From a candidate division FCPU426 bacterium (lineage in GTDB: Bacteria; Oederibacteriota; JAAXVQ01; JAUVAV01), in assembly GCA_040756875.1 (NCBI GenBank), contig JBFLYH010000001.1, positions 512,001 to 576,000 of the forward strand: DNA of 64,000 bases. Direction: 5' to 3'. This document shows, piece after piece, positions 1 to 7,753 of this stretch. The notes under the pieces are model-generated. The model was not told the DNA's origin and did no database searches. It saw nothing but the letters and a program-made list of their open reading frames with translations. The first letter of the stretch is position 1; every line of letters begins with the position of its first letter. Position numbers and translations under genes: made by a program.

Positions 1-85
1 TGTCGGGTGATGGAATTTTTGCTAGAATGCCTTGCGACGGCTTTACGCGCCGGCGAACATGAAATTTGGGAGAGGAGGACTGCTC

Positions 86-178
86 GTGGGGTGCGGCAAG
101 AAAAGACACTTACGCAAAATCAAAACGCATAAACGTAAAAAACACCGCCGGAAATACCGCCATTTGCGGAAGAAATAG
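86..178 (+). CDS. Small basic protein, bS22/AURKAIP1-COX24-like ribosomal protein (30 aa, MGCGKKRHLRKIKTHKRKKHRRKYRHLRKK)
   Basis: Translated by hand from GTG86 to TAG178; strong SD GGAGAGGAGG upstream; K/R/H-rich pattern MxxGKKR...THKRKK.RR..RH resembles Bacteroidota-type bS22; below the ORF-track size cutoff. Confidence 0.8.
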   Translation: MGCGKKRHLRKIKTHKRKKHRRKYRHLRKK

Positions 179-185
179 CGTGCTC

Positions 186-235
186 GCCGTCCCCTCCGCA
201 GGCTGCATGGTTTCTTGTGCCTGCGGGGAGGGCGG
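186..235 (+). terminator. GC-rich stem-loop downstream of the small ORF (possible terminator)
   Basis: CCGTCCCCTCCGCAGGC...GCCTGCGGGGAGGGCGG imperfect inverted repeat; only a weak U-tract. Confidence 0.4.
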
Positions 236-340
236 TTAACCTGCCACGGCCAGAACGTTTGGACTATGGCTCCTGTTTTTTCCGGAAGGCCGGAGGCTCG
301 CCTGTGATGCGTGGTAGATCGAACGTCGGCGGAGGATGGA

Positions 341-461
341 GCACCCCGGGCATAGCCCGGGGTGCCACTGTGTACTCCGCGTCGCCGGCCCATTTGATAG
401 GCGACATCCCTGCAACGTGGAAAATCCCGGGCAAGCCCGGGATTTTCCACGTTGCAGGGAT
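341..461. repeat. Two REP-like palindromes sharing a CCCGGGC-A(T)A-GCCCGGG core
   Basis: 341-365 perfect 11-bp stem; 406-461 perfect 27-bp arms with a 2-nt spacer; each has a GTGG tetranucleotide at or within the stem base. Confidence 0.7.
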
Positions 462-528
462 AAAGTTGCCCTCGACCGGCCCGGTTGATCGCCGGCAAGC
501 TTCAAGTTTCCTTACCCAGGATTGAGCC

Positions 529-3081
529 ATGTGCGGAAAGAAAATGATACTGATGATGCTGTTGGTCGCCGGTCTCGCTCGACCCGTCTGGGCAGAGGAG
601 ACGGCCTTCCTTGGCGCCCGTTCGGCGGGCATGGCCGGTGCCGGGGAAGCCTACGGCGGGTCCGCAGCCTCCCTGGTGCAAAATCCAGCTGCTTTGGTGC
701 TGCTGGGTTGGCCGGAAATTGAGCTCGGGTTTGGTCTGCCGGATATGAGCCAACCGCGGCAAACGCAAGGTTTCGGTGCGCTGCCGATCGTAGGGCGGCT
801 GACTGCTGGCGTGGGGGCCATGGCGTTGCGTTCAGACGCGGAAGGGAACGAGGAGGATTATTATCTATCCCTGGCGTTTCCGCTTTCACGTAACGGCCAA
901 TTGGCGGCAGGGATCAGCGGCAAATGGCTGTTGCGTTCGCTGCCCGGAGTCGCCGGACGGGCCTCCGGTGCGGGCGTTGATATGGGTCTGTTGTATCAAG
1001 CCTGGCAGGAGGAAAACGGCCGGGGATTAGCATTCGGCGCTTCTCTGATGGATATCCAAACCACATTGCGGCGCAAGGATCAGGAGGTCCGTCTGCCGTT
1101 GCTGGCGCGGGTCGGCGCGGCTTTTCAATTAAACGCCTCCGACGTTCTGGTCGCTTCGTTTGAAAACCGTTCGGAAGATCTGCCCGCCTTCGAGGGTTTT
1201 CAGATTGCCAGGGCCGGATTCGAGCACGGCCAGCCGCTGGGGAATGAATTCCGGCTTTTTCTGCGCGGCGGGTTTCTGCAAACGCTCGGCCAATCAGGGA
1301 CGCTTGCCTTGGGCGCGGGCCTGGCCTGGACGGAATGGCGCCTGGATTACGCCGCCCAGCTTCCCATGGAATTTTATAACACCCGCCATCATCTCGCCCT
1401 CTCCTGGGGATACCAGCGCGCTTTATCCGGACGCATGCCGCAACTGGCGGAATCCATCGAGTCCGAGGTTACTGCCAAACCTTTGACGCCTACGCCCGAG
1501 CCTGACCGGATCGTGTCCGCCCTGGCCGAAGCGGCTGAAATCCAGGAGTATTCCGCTTTTACGCCTCCGACTCCGGAAGTCACCCCCACTCCCACGCCAG
1601 CTCCGCGGCGGATGGCGGAAGAAAAATCCGCCGAGGAAGCCTCCTATCATCTTCCGATTCCGGAAGGGCCGGCCGGAAGCGAGCGCACCAGCTTTGGTTC
1701 CAGCCCTGAAATGCCCGCGATTTTCTCGGGGTCACTCAGCGGCGGCCGCGGCGATTTACGGATCGTCGAGCAGGATCTGCGGTTGCACGTAGTGGTCAAT
1801 CCCTTCTCCCCGAACGGAGATGGACGCCAGGACCGTACGGTTTTTGTCGGCCGGCTGGTGGATGAACGCCTGCCGGTTGCGCGCTGGTTGCTGACCATAG
1901 CCAGAAACGGGGAAGTAATCCGTTTTTTCCGCGGCGGCGCCACGCTGCCCCGCAATCTGGAGTGGAACGGAACGGATCAGCACGAGAAGCGGTTGCCGGA
2001 CGGCGACTATGTCGCCGTGCTGCGCGCGATGGATGAAAACGGCATGGAACTGGCGTCAGCCTCCCAAACGGTCGGCTTGCGCACGACCGCCCACGTCATC
2101 AGCCTGCAGGGGCCTGGCCGGGTTCTGCTGGGGGGCGACAATCCAAACAAAAGCGTCGAATTTGGAGTGCCTGAATTGCGCGGCGGCAGCGATTGGCGCT
2201 TCAGCCTGGTGCACGCCAAGGGGAAGACCGTCTACAGCACCAGCGGAGGGGGGCGCATTCCCGAAACCATCGTTTGGCAACCTGCCAAGGGGGGGCGGCT
2301 GCCGCCGGCCGGCGATTACACCGCACGCTTGAGTTATCTGGACGAGGTGGGACTGCGGGCGGAAACGCGGGTGGAGTTCGAAGTTGCTTATCCTGCCATG
2401 AACCTGGAGATGGGCGTCAATCCCCGCGAATTCAATCCCGGCGAAGCCGGCGAGGCCTGCGTGACTTTTACGCCGGTCTTTGATGGAGGAGTCGCCGTAC
2501 GTTTATGGGAATTGGAAATCTTCAACGCCGATCAAAAGCGGATGCATGCAATGACCGGCAAGGGCGCCCTTCCTTCCGCGATCGCATGGGACGGTTTTCT
2601 CGGCGGGAAGAAAGCTAAAGCCGGCGCGGTCTACCAAGCCGTATTGACCGTCACCACGGCTTTGGGGACCCAGGCTTCGGCCAAATCCGGAATGCTGCAA
2701 TGCGGAGTCGGCGAAGTGACCGGCCAAAAAGCGCTGACCATGAATTTGGTCCAGGTGCGCTTTGCCGCCAATTCCGCGGAGCGGTCCGCCGAAGGCGAAC
2801 AGGCGCTGACGCAAGCCGCGCAGACACTGGAGCGCTATCCCACAAAGTATCTACTTCAGATCATTGGACATTGTTCACCCCGGGAAAAATCAGAACACGC
2901 CCTGGAGCTTTCCCGGACCCGCGCCCAGACGGTAGCCGACTATTTGATCCGGGAAAAGGGGTTGCCCGGAGATAGAATCCAGGTCATCGGCAAGGGCGCT
3001 TCCCAGCCAATATCCAACGAAGAGGATGAGGCTGCCGATGCTAAAAACCGCCGGGTAGAAGTGGTGCTGTTTGCGCAGTAA
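529..3081 (+). CDS. PorV/PorQ-like beta-barrel + Pro-rich linker + FlgD-Ig-like repeats + C-terminal OmpA-like domain
   Basis: Signal peptide; GARSAGMAGA...NPAAL N-terminus typical of the FadL/PorV family; barrel end LDYA...HHLALSW; NPFSPNGDG and WNG...LPDGDY motifs; OmpA motifs LSRTRA and KNRRVEV. Confidence 0.75.
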   Translation: MCGKKMILMMLLVAGLARPVWAEETAFLGARSAGMAGAGEAYGGSAASLVQNPAALVLLGWPEIELGFGLPDMSQPRQTQGFGALPIVGRLTAGVGAMALRSDAEGNEEDYYLSLAFPLSRNGQLAAGISGKWLLRSLPGVAGRASGAGVDMGLLYQAWQEENGRGLAFGASLMDIQTTLRRKDQEVRLPLLARVGAAFQLNASDVLVASFENRSEDLPAFEGFQIARAGFEHGQPLGNEFRLFLRGGFLQTLGQSGTLALGAGLAWTEWRLDYAAQLPMEFYNTRHHLALSWGYQRALSGRMPQLAESIESEVTAKPLTPTPEPDRIVSALAEAAEIQEYSAFTPPTPEVTPTPTPAPRRMAEEKSAEEASYHLPIPEGPAGSERTSFGSSPEMPAIFSGSLSGGRGDLRIVEQDLRLHVVVNPFSPNGDGRQDRTVFVGRLVDERLPVARWLLTIARNGEVIRFFRGGATLPRNLEWNGTDQHEKRLPDGDYVAVLRAMDENGMELASASQTVGLRTTAHVISLQGPGRVLLGGDNPNKSVEFGVPELRGGSDWRFSLVHAKGKTVYSTSGGGRIPETIVWQPAKGGRLPPAGDYTARLSYLDEVGLRAETRVEFEVAYPAMNLEMGVNPREFNPGEAGEACVTFTPVFDGGVAVRLWELEIFNADQKRMHAMTGKGALPSAIAWDGFLGGKKAKAGAVYQAVLTVTTALGTQASAKSGMLQCGVGEVTGQKALTMNLVQVRFAANSAERSAEGEQALTQAAQTLERYPTKYLLQIIGHCSPREKSEHALELSRTRAQTVADYLIREKGLPGDRIQVIGKGASQPISNEEDEAADAKNRRVEVVLFAQ

Positions 3082-3124
3082 TCCGCCGGCATCCGTTTCC
3101 CGGATCGGAACCCATTCTCCGGCA

Positions 3125-4018
3125 GTGAAACCCAGGGCGCCGCGTCAATTAGGCCCGCTGGTTCTCCTGCTGGCATCCGTCTCGCTTTCAGCCTGTGCTC
3201 CCTGGCATAAACCTGTTTATCCGCCCCGTTTAGACATCCGCTGGGTTCCCGCGCAGGCCATGGCTGGTCATGCCTTACAATTGGAGGTTCAAGCCCAACC
3301 GGCTGACCTTGAGATTCAGATTTCGGCGGACAGCCAATCTTTAACATTGGCGGCCCAGGCAAACCCTGCACAACCAGGCTGCTTTAGAGGGTACTTGGCT
3401 ATACCACTGGAAAACGTTCCAACGTCCTTCAGTCTGACGCTTACAGCTGTTTCGAAACCAGGGGAAGTGCTCCTGAGCAAGCTATACACCATCCCGATGC
3501 TGCCGAGGCCACAGGATTTGATCACCAACCTGTGGATCAGAAATATATCCCAGTATGATTATTCGGGAGAATCGGCGGTCATGGCGGCAGCGCGACGTCA
3601 AGCTTCGTCAGTTCCGCGTACCGCTTGGGACTTTTTATCCTGGCCACTGCAGGGTAGGATTAGTGAACAGTTTGGAGTCATCAGGAATTATAACCGAGGA
3701 ATAAGAAACTCACGGCATACTGGTTTGGACATTGCTGCTGCGCAAGGAACCATCGTCCAGGCTCCGGGCCCGGGAATCGTTCTATTATCAGAAGAATTTA
3801 AAGCCCACGGGAAGACAATCCTGATCAATCATGGTTACGGCGTGGTGAGCACCTTTTTACATTTGAGCAAAATGAATATCACGTCAGGTCAAACGGTCAG
3901 CCAAAATGAAGCAATCGGAGAAGTTGGTTCAACCGGCGCTTCGACAGGTCCTCATCTGCATTTTCAAGTTAATATTAATGGAATTCCCATCGATCCTCGA
4001 GATTTATTCCAGGAATAA
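3125..4018 (+). CDS. M23 family metallopeptidase, probable lipoprotein
   Basis: HTGLDIAA (HxxxD) and STGPHLHF (HxH) motifs; lipobox LSAC; start uncertain (GTG3125 preferred over TTG3071). Confidence 0.85.
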   Translation: MKPRAPRQLGPLVLLLASVSLSACAPWHKPVYPPRLDIRWVPAQAMAGHALQLEVQAQPADLEIQISADSQSLTLAAQANPAQPGCFRGYLAIPLENVPTSFSLTLTAVSKPGEVLLSKLYTIPMLPRPQDLITNLWIRNISQYDYSGESAVMAAARRQASSVPRTAWDFLSWPLQGRISEQFGVIRNYNRGIRNSRHTGLDIAAAQGTIVQAPGPGIVLLSEEFKAHGKTILINHGYGVVSTFLHLSKMNITSGQTVSQNEAIGEVGSTGASTGPHLHFQVNINGIPIDPRDLFQE

Positions 4019-4206
4019 TCATTAAAAATAAGCGTTTATAAAATTATGCAAACGCAGATTATGTCCCTTGAAACTTAATCCTGAAATTAAAATAATATCC
4101 TTTATTTTCAAAGATATTATTATAAGTACTGGAATAAAACACCAGGCATTATTAATTTATCAAAATATATTATAATTTAATTGCCATAATAATTTATTAA
4201 TATTAT

Positions 4207-4234
4207 TTGCAAAAGTTAAAACCTATGATATACT
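4207..4234 (+). promoter_or_regulatory. Putative sigma70 promoter in an AT-rich intergenic region
   Basis: TTGCAA-N16-TATACT with extended -10 TG. Confidence 0.45.
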
Positions 4235-4291
4235 TGAATTAAGAGAAAAAATATTTGCTTAAATTCTTGCAATGAGGGGAGATGAAAGAAG

Positions 4292-5359
4292 ATGAGGAGA
4301 TGCTCAACCTACCCGTTGGGAGTAATCTTCGTTATCACCCTCGCCTCGTTGTTATGGACCGGTTGCGGCAAGAATGTAATGGGCCCAACCGCTCCCGCCA
4401 CCCTAGTCGCGCAGAAAGTCAGTAGCATTCAGACGGATCCAGTTGCCGGAGCAGAAGCGGATAGTTCTGGGACCAATGGAGTTGAAGCAGCCTGCCACGG
4501 CGGCGGTGGCGGCGGTGGCCACCATCAGGGATGGACGGAACAACTCCGACATCATTATTTAGGAATGTGCAACCACGGGTTGCTGCATAAATTTGCCATG
4601 TTGGTCATCGGCGGTTGGTTCCAAGACCAGGCTTTGACCAATACCGTGGAGAACATCATCACTTCCAAACTCTTTAAAATCGTCATCTTTAAATGTGGAA
4701 TCGGTCCTATCCTCTTTTGGCAAAGTCTGCTGATGGTGTCTGAAACCTGGTATCCTGGCCTGGATACCAATCCAGCCCAATGCGATCCGGAAATCACGCT
4801 CCTGCCTTATCGTTGGAATCGCTGCAGCGGTTTTTATGGCGACTATCTGTCGGAGTGGGGCAATGGCCGCGGATACCACCTTCACAGCGTAACGCCTAAA
4901 AATGATATTGTGGAGCTGTTTACGTCTTCATCTTTGAACAACATTTATCATAATGAAAAGCCGATCATTACCTTGCAGTGGAATTACAGTTTCATCGCCG
5001 ATCCGGTCAACAATCCCACGGGTAAAAACAAAAGCCTGTTCCTGAGTTTGGCCAACGAATATTATATCAACCGTCTTACGCTGTTTTATGCCGAACCCCG
5101 TTTTTATAAAAACGGCGATGAAAGACTGGAGGCCGAGGAAGTCTGGTCTTCCACGGCAAACAAGAGCGGCCGGTGCAAAATCGTGACACGAAACGGCGAT
5201 TTGTTGAACATGGATCTGGAGTTCGACGCGAACGGAGTCGGCGGCGGAACAGTTGACATCCGGAGTTGGTCCGGTCAAGTCAACCACTATGTTTTTGTCG
5301 TGAACGGATACGATCACGGTTATTACACGAAAAACGGCGGGAAAAAGCACCATTTTTAA
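4292..5359 (+). CDS. Hypothetical lipoprotein
   Basis: SD GAGGGGAG; hydrophobic signal with lipobox-like LWTGC; no recognised family. Confidence 0.7.
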   Translation: MRRCSTYPLGVIFVITLASLLWTGCGKNVMGPTAPATLVAQKVSSIQTDPVAGAEADSSGTNGVEAACHGGGGGGGHHQGWTEQLRHHYLGMCNHGLLHKFAMLVIGGWFQDQALTNTVENIITSKLFKIVIFKCGIGPILFWQSLLMVSETWYPGLDTNPAQCDPEITLLPYRWNRCSGFYGDYLSEWGNGRGYHLHSVTPKNDIVELFTSSSLNNIYHNEKPIITLQWNYSFIADPVNNPTGKNKSLFLSLANEYYINRLTLFYAEPRFYKNGDERLEAEEVWSSTANKSGRCKIVTRNGDLLNMDLEFDANGVGGGTVDIRSWSGQVNHYVFVVNGYDHGYYTKNGGKKHHF

Positions 5360-5382
5360 ACTGCGTTTTTATCTTTGGCAAG

Positions 5383-5424
5383 CGGCCCAGGACTGGTAAG
5401 ATAAAGTTCTGGGCCTTGTTTTTT
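5383..5424 (+). terminator. Putative intrinsic terminator
   Basis: GGCCCAGGAC...GTTCTGGGCC followed by TTGTTTTTT. Confidence 0.5.
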
Positions 5425-5473
5425 CAGGAGCCTACCTTCGGTTGACCAGCCTGGAAACAGGGAGTTCAGGGGA

Positions 5474-7753
5474 ATGAGCGGTCGAAGCGTTCTGCATACG
5501 ATCCTGACGGGGATTGCGTTGGCGGGAATGCTTTTATCCGTCGGTGCCTTGCCGGCTTGGTCGGATCCTCAGAATCCCAAAACCTATTATTCGGGTTCCA
5601 ATGCCCGGAGCATCGCGTTGGATACCTATCGCAATCGCTTGTACCTCATCAGGAACACCACGCCGAATATCCGGGTTTTCACTCTCGACAGCCAGGGCGA
5701 TACCACTTTAGCGGTAAATGATTTTACCATGGGAACCAACAGCCTGGCGATAAGCCTGGACGCCCGTCGCAACCGCATGTACCTGGCGCAAAATACGATT
5801 GGCGCCGGCCAGGAAGTGCAAGTGGTGACGCTAGACCCAAACGGAGATCCGTCAGGTAACCTTGGCCGGGATACCTCCTCGTCCTATGCACAGGCCTTGG
5901 CGTTGGATCCACAACGCAACCGTCTGTATGTGGGTTTGGCGGACAATACCGTGGGATTGGCAGTTGTCAGCCTGAATTCCTCCGGTGATGCGATCGGACA
6001 CACAACCCACCTGACCAATAACCGGGTGAATGCCCTGACCCTGGATGCGGCCCGCAACAAGCTTTATTTGGGATATAACAACGGCGCCGTGGGCACCTGC
6101 AATCTGGACGCTTTTGGCGATGTGGCAGCCATCAACAATACCCGCACGGCCGGGAGCGGGAACGTGACCAGCCTGGCGCTGAACAGCTTTTTAAACTGCC
6201 TCTATGTGGCTGCTGGAAACAATGTTCTTTATACCTTCCCGTTAGAGTCCGAAGCTTCAGCAGACCCAGGAGAACTGGCCGGGTCGGCCAACTCATTCAT
6301 CGTCACCGGCATACCCATATGCTTGTTAGCTGATGCGACGCGACAGCGTCTGTATTTCGGGATGGCTGAAACCGGCACGTCGGATTTACGCTGGGTTTCC
6401 CTGGACGCTTCTGGGATCCCGACCGGCTCCGTTACCTCGGCCACCGCTGATGATCTGTGGGGCATGGCCATGGATGCGGAACGCCGGAAATTTTATACTG
6501 TTGCGGATGCAACCAGCCGTTATTACGACCTTTCAGAATTGGGGATGCCGTTTTTAATGATCAATCACGGCGCCTCGACCACCACCCAGACCGATGTCGA
6601 GTTGCATTGGAGCCTGCCCAACCCGCATTTTGCCCTGGTGGACGGGACGTCGGACCTAGTCAACTACCAATTCCCGGTCACTTTTACCGCTAATACGGTT
6701 TTCGATCAGTGGCATTCAACGGATGACGAGCGCTGGTGCAATGTGGCCGGGGCCCGCGCCACCACCCTGACCGTTAAAGCCCAGCTGACAGGCGGGGCGG
6801 GATTAAAAAGAGTCCGTGTTTGGTTCATGGAAGACGCAGCTGCTGTGAACGGAGGAGCGGTTTCTCATTACCGGGAAGCCTTGATTACCCTGTCTGGCGA
6901 TACACCGACTTACACTCCGACCTTTTCCCATACACCCACGATTTCAGCGACACCGACGCATACCGGCACCCCGACGGCCACGTGCACACGCACCGCCAGT
7001 TTGACGCCCAGCCCGACGCCAACGCCTTCCATAACCGGCACGGCCACGGATACTGCCACGCGGACTCCGACCTGGACGCCTTCCGCGACCTTTACCCCGA
7101 CGCCTTCCGCCACTTTTACCCCGACGCCTTCCGCCACTTTTACGCCCACGCCCACCACCACGTTCACATCCACGCCGTCCGCGACCGGCACTTTCACCGG
7201 TACGTCGACCTCCAGCCAAACGCCGACACCCAGCTCCAGCGCCACGCCCTCGCGGACTCCGACCCTCACCTCGACGCCAACCCCAACCGGTACGTTCACA
7301 GGAACGGCAACGATTTCTCCCACCTCTACTGATACACCCGTGGTCAGCCCGACCCCCACGTTGACCGTCACCCTGACAGCGACGATCACGCCCACGCGCA
7401 CCATCACGCCAACCATCACGATGACGCCGACGCAGACGCCCACGCTGCCGCCCACGGCCACGCCGACGCCGGCAACGCTTTTTTACCTGGATAAAAACCA
7501 ATTTATGCCTTCGCGGGAACGGTTAAACCTGAAAGTGGGCCTGCTGTCAGGACAAACGGCTGATATCAGGATTTACACCTTGTCCGGCCGGCTGCTCCGC
7601 TCTTGGCAGGTGCCTCCGCTGCCCGGCGGATATCTGCGTTTGGAATGGGATGGGCGTAACCAGAGCGGGGAACCCGTGGCTTCCGGAATTTATTTCGTGG
7701 TTTTCGAGGCGCCGGATTATAAAGTGGTCAGAAAAGTGCTGGTGATCCGATGA
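5474..7753 (+). CDS. Secreted beta-propeller protein with long Thr/Pro-rich linker and FlgD-Ig/T9SS-like C-terminal domain
   Basis: Signal peptide; about 7 repeats of (A/S)L(A/S)LD..RN(R/K)LY; about 190-aa T/P tract; C-terminus IYTLSGRLLR...WDGRNQSGEPVASGIYFV...KVLVIR. Confidence 0.8.
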   Translation: MSGRSVLHTILTGIALAGMLLSVGALPAWSDPQNPKTYYSGSNARSIALDTYRNRLYLIRNTTPNIRVFTLDSQGDTTLAVNDFTMGTNSLAISLDARRNRMYLAQNTIGAGQEVQVVTLDPNGDPSGNLGRDTSSSYAQALALDPQRNRLYVGLADNTVGLAVVSLNSSGDAIGHTTHLTNNRVNALTLDAARNKLYLGYNNGAVGTCNLDAFGDVAAINNTRTAGSGNVTSLALNSFLNCLYVAAGNNVLYTFPLESEASADPGELAGSANSFIVTGIPICLLADATRQRLYFGMAETGTSDLRWVSLDASGIPTGSVTSATADDLWGMAMDAERRKFYTVADATSRYYDLSELGMPFLMINHGASTTTQTDVELHWSLPNPHFALVDGTSDLVNYQFPVTFTANTVFDQWHSTDDERWCNVAGARATTLTVKAQLTGGAGLKRVRVWFMEDAAAVNGGAVSHYREALITLSGDTPTYTPTFSHTPTISATPTHTGTPTATCTRTASLTPSPTPTPSITGTATDTATRTPTWTPSATFTPTPSATFTPTPSATFTPTPTTTFTSTPSATGTFTGTSTSSQTPTPSSSATPSRTPTLTSTPTPTGTFTGTATISPTSTDTPVVSPTPTLTVTLTATITPTRTITPTITMTPTQTPTLPPTATPTPATLFYLDKNQFMPSRERLNLKVGLLSGQTADIRIYTLSGRLLRSWQVPPLPGGYLRLEWDGRNQSGEPVASGIYFVVFEAPDYKVVRKVLVIR
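7076..7147 (+). repeat. Three tandem 24-bp repeats encoding TPSATFTP
   Basis: ACGCCTTCCGC(G/C)AC(C/T)TTTAC(C/G)CC(G/C) x3 read directly. Confidence 0.85.

Noticed and set aside
43-632. Overlapping ORFs on both strands sharing the peptide IPATWKIPG
   Set aside because: Caused by the perfect DNA palindrome; the region is better explained by the bS22-like gene and REP-like hairpins
6820-7501. Val/Gly-, His- and Arg-rich alternative-frame ORFs
   Set aside because: Frame and antisense products of the Thr/Pro linker codons
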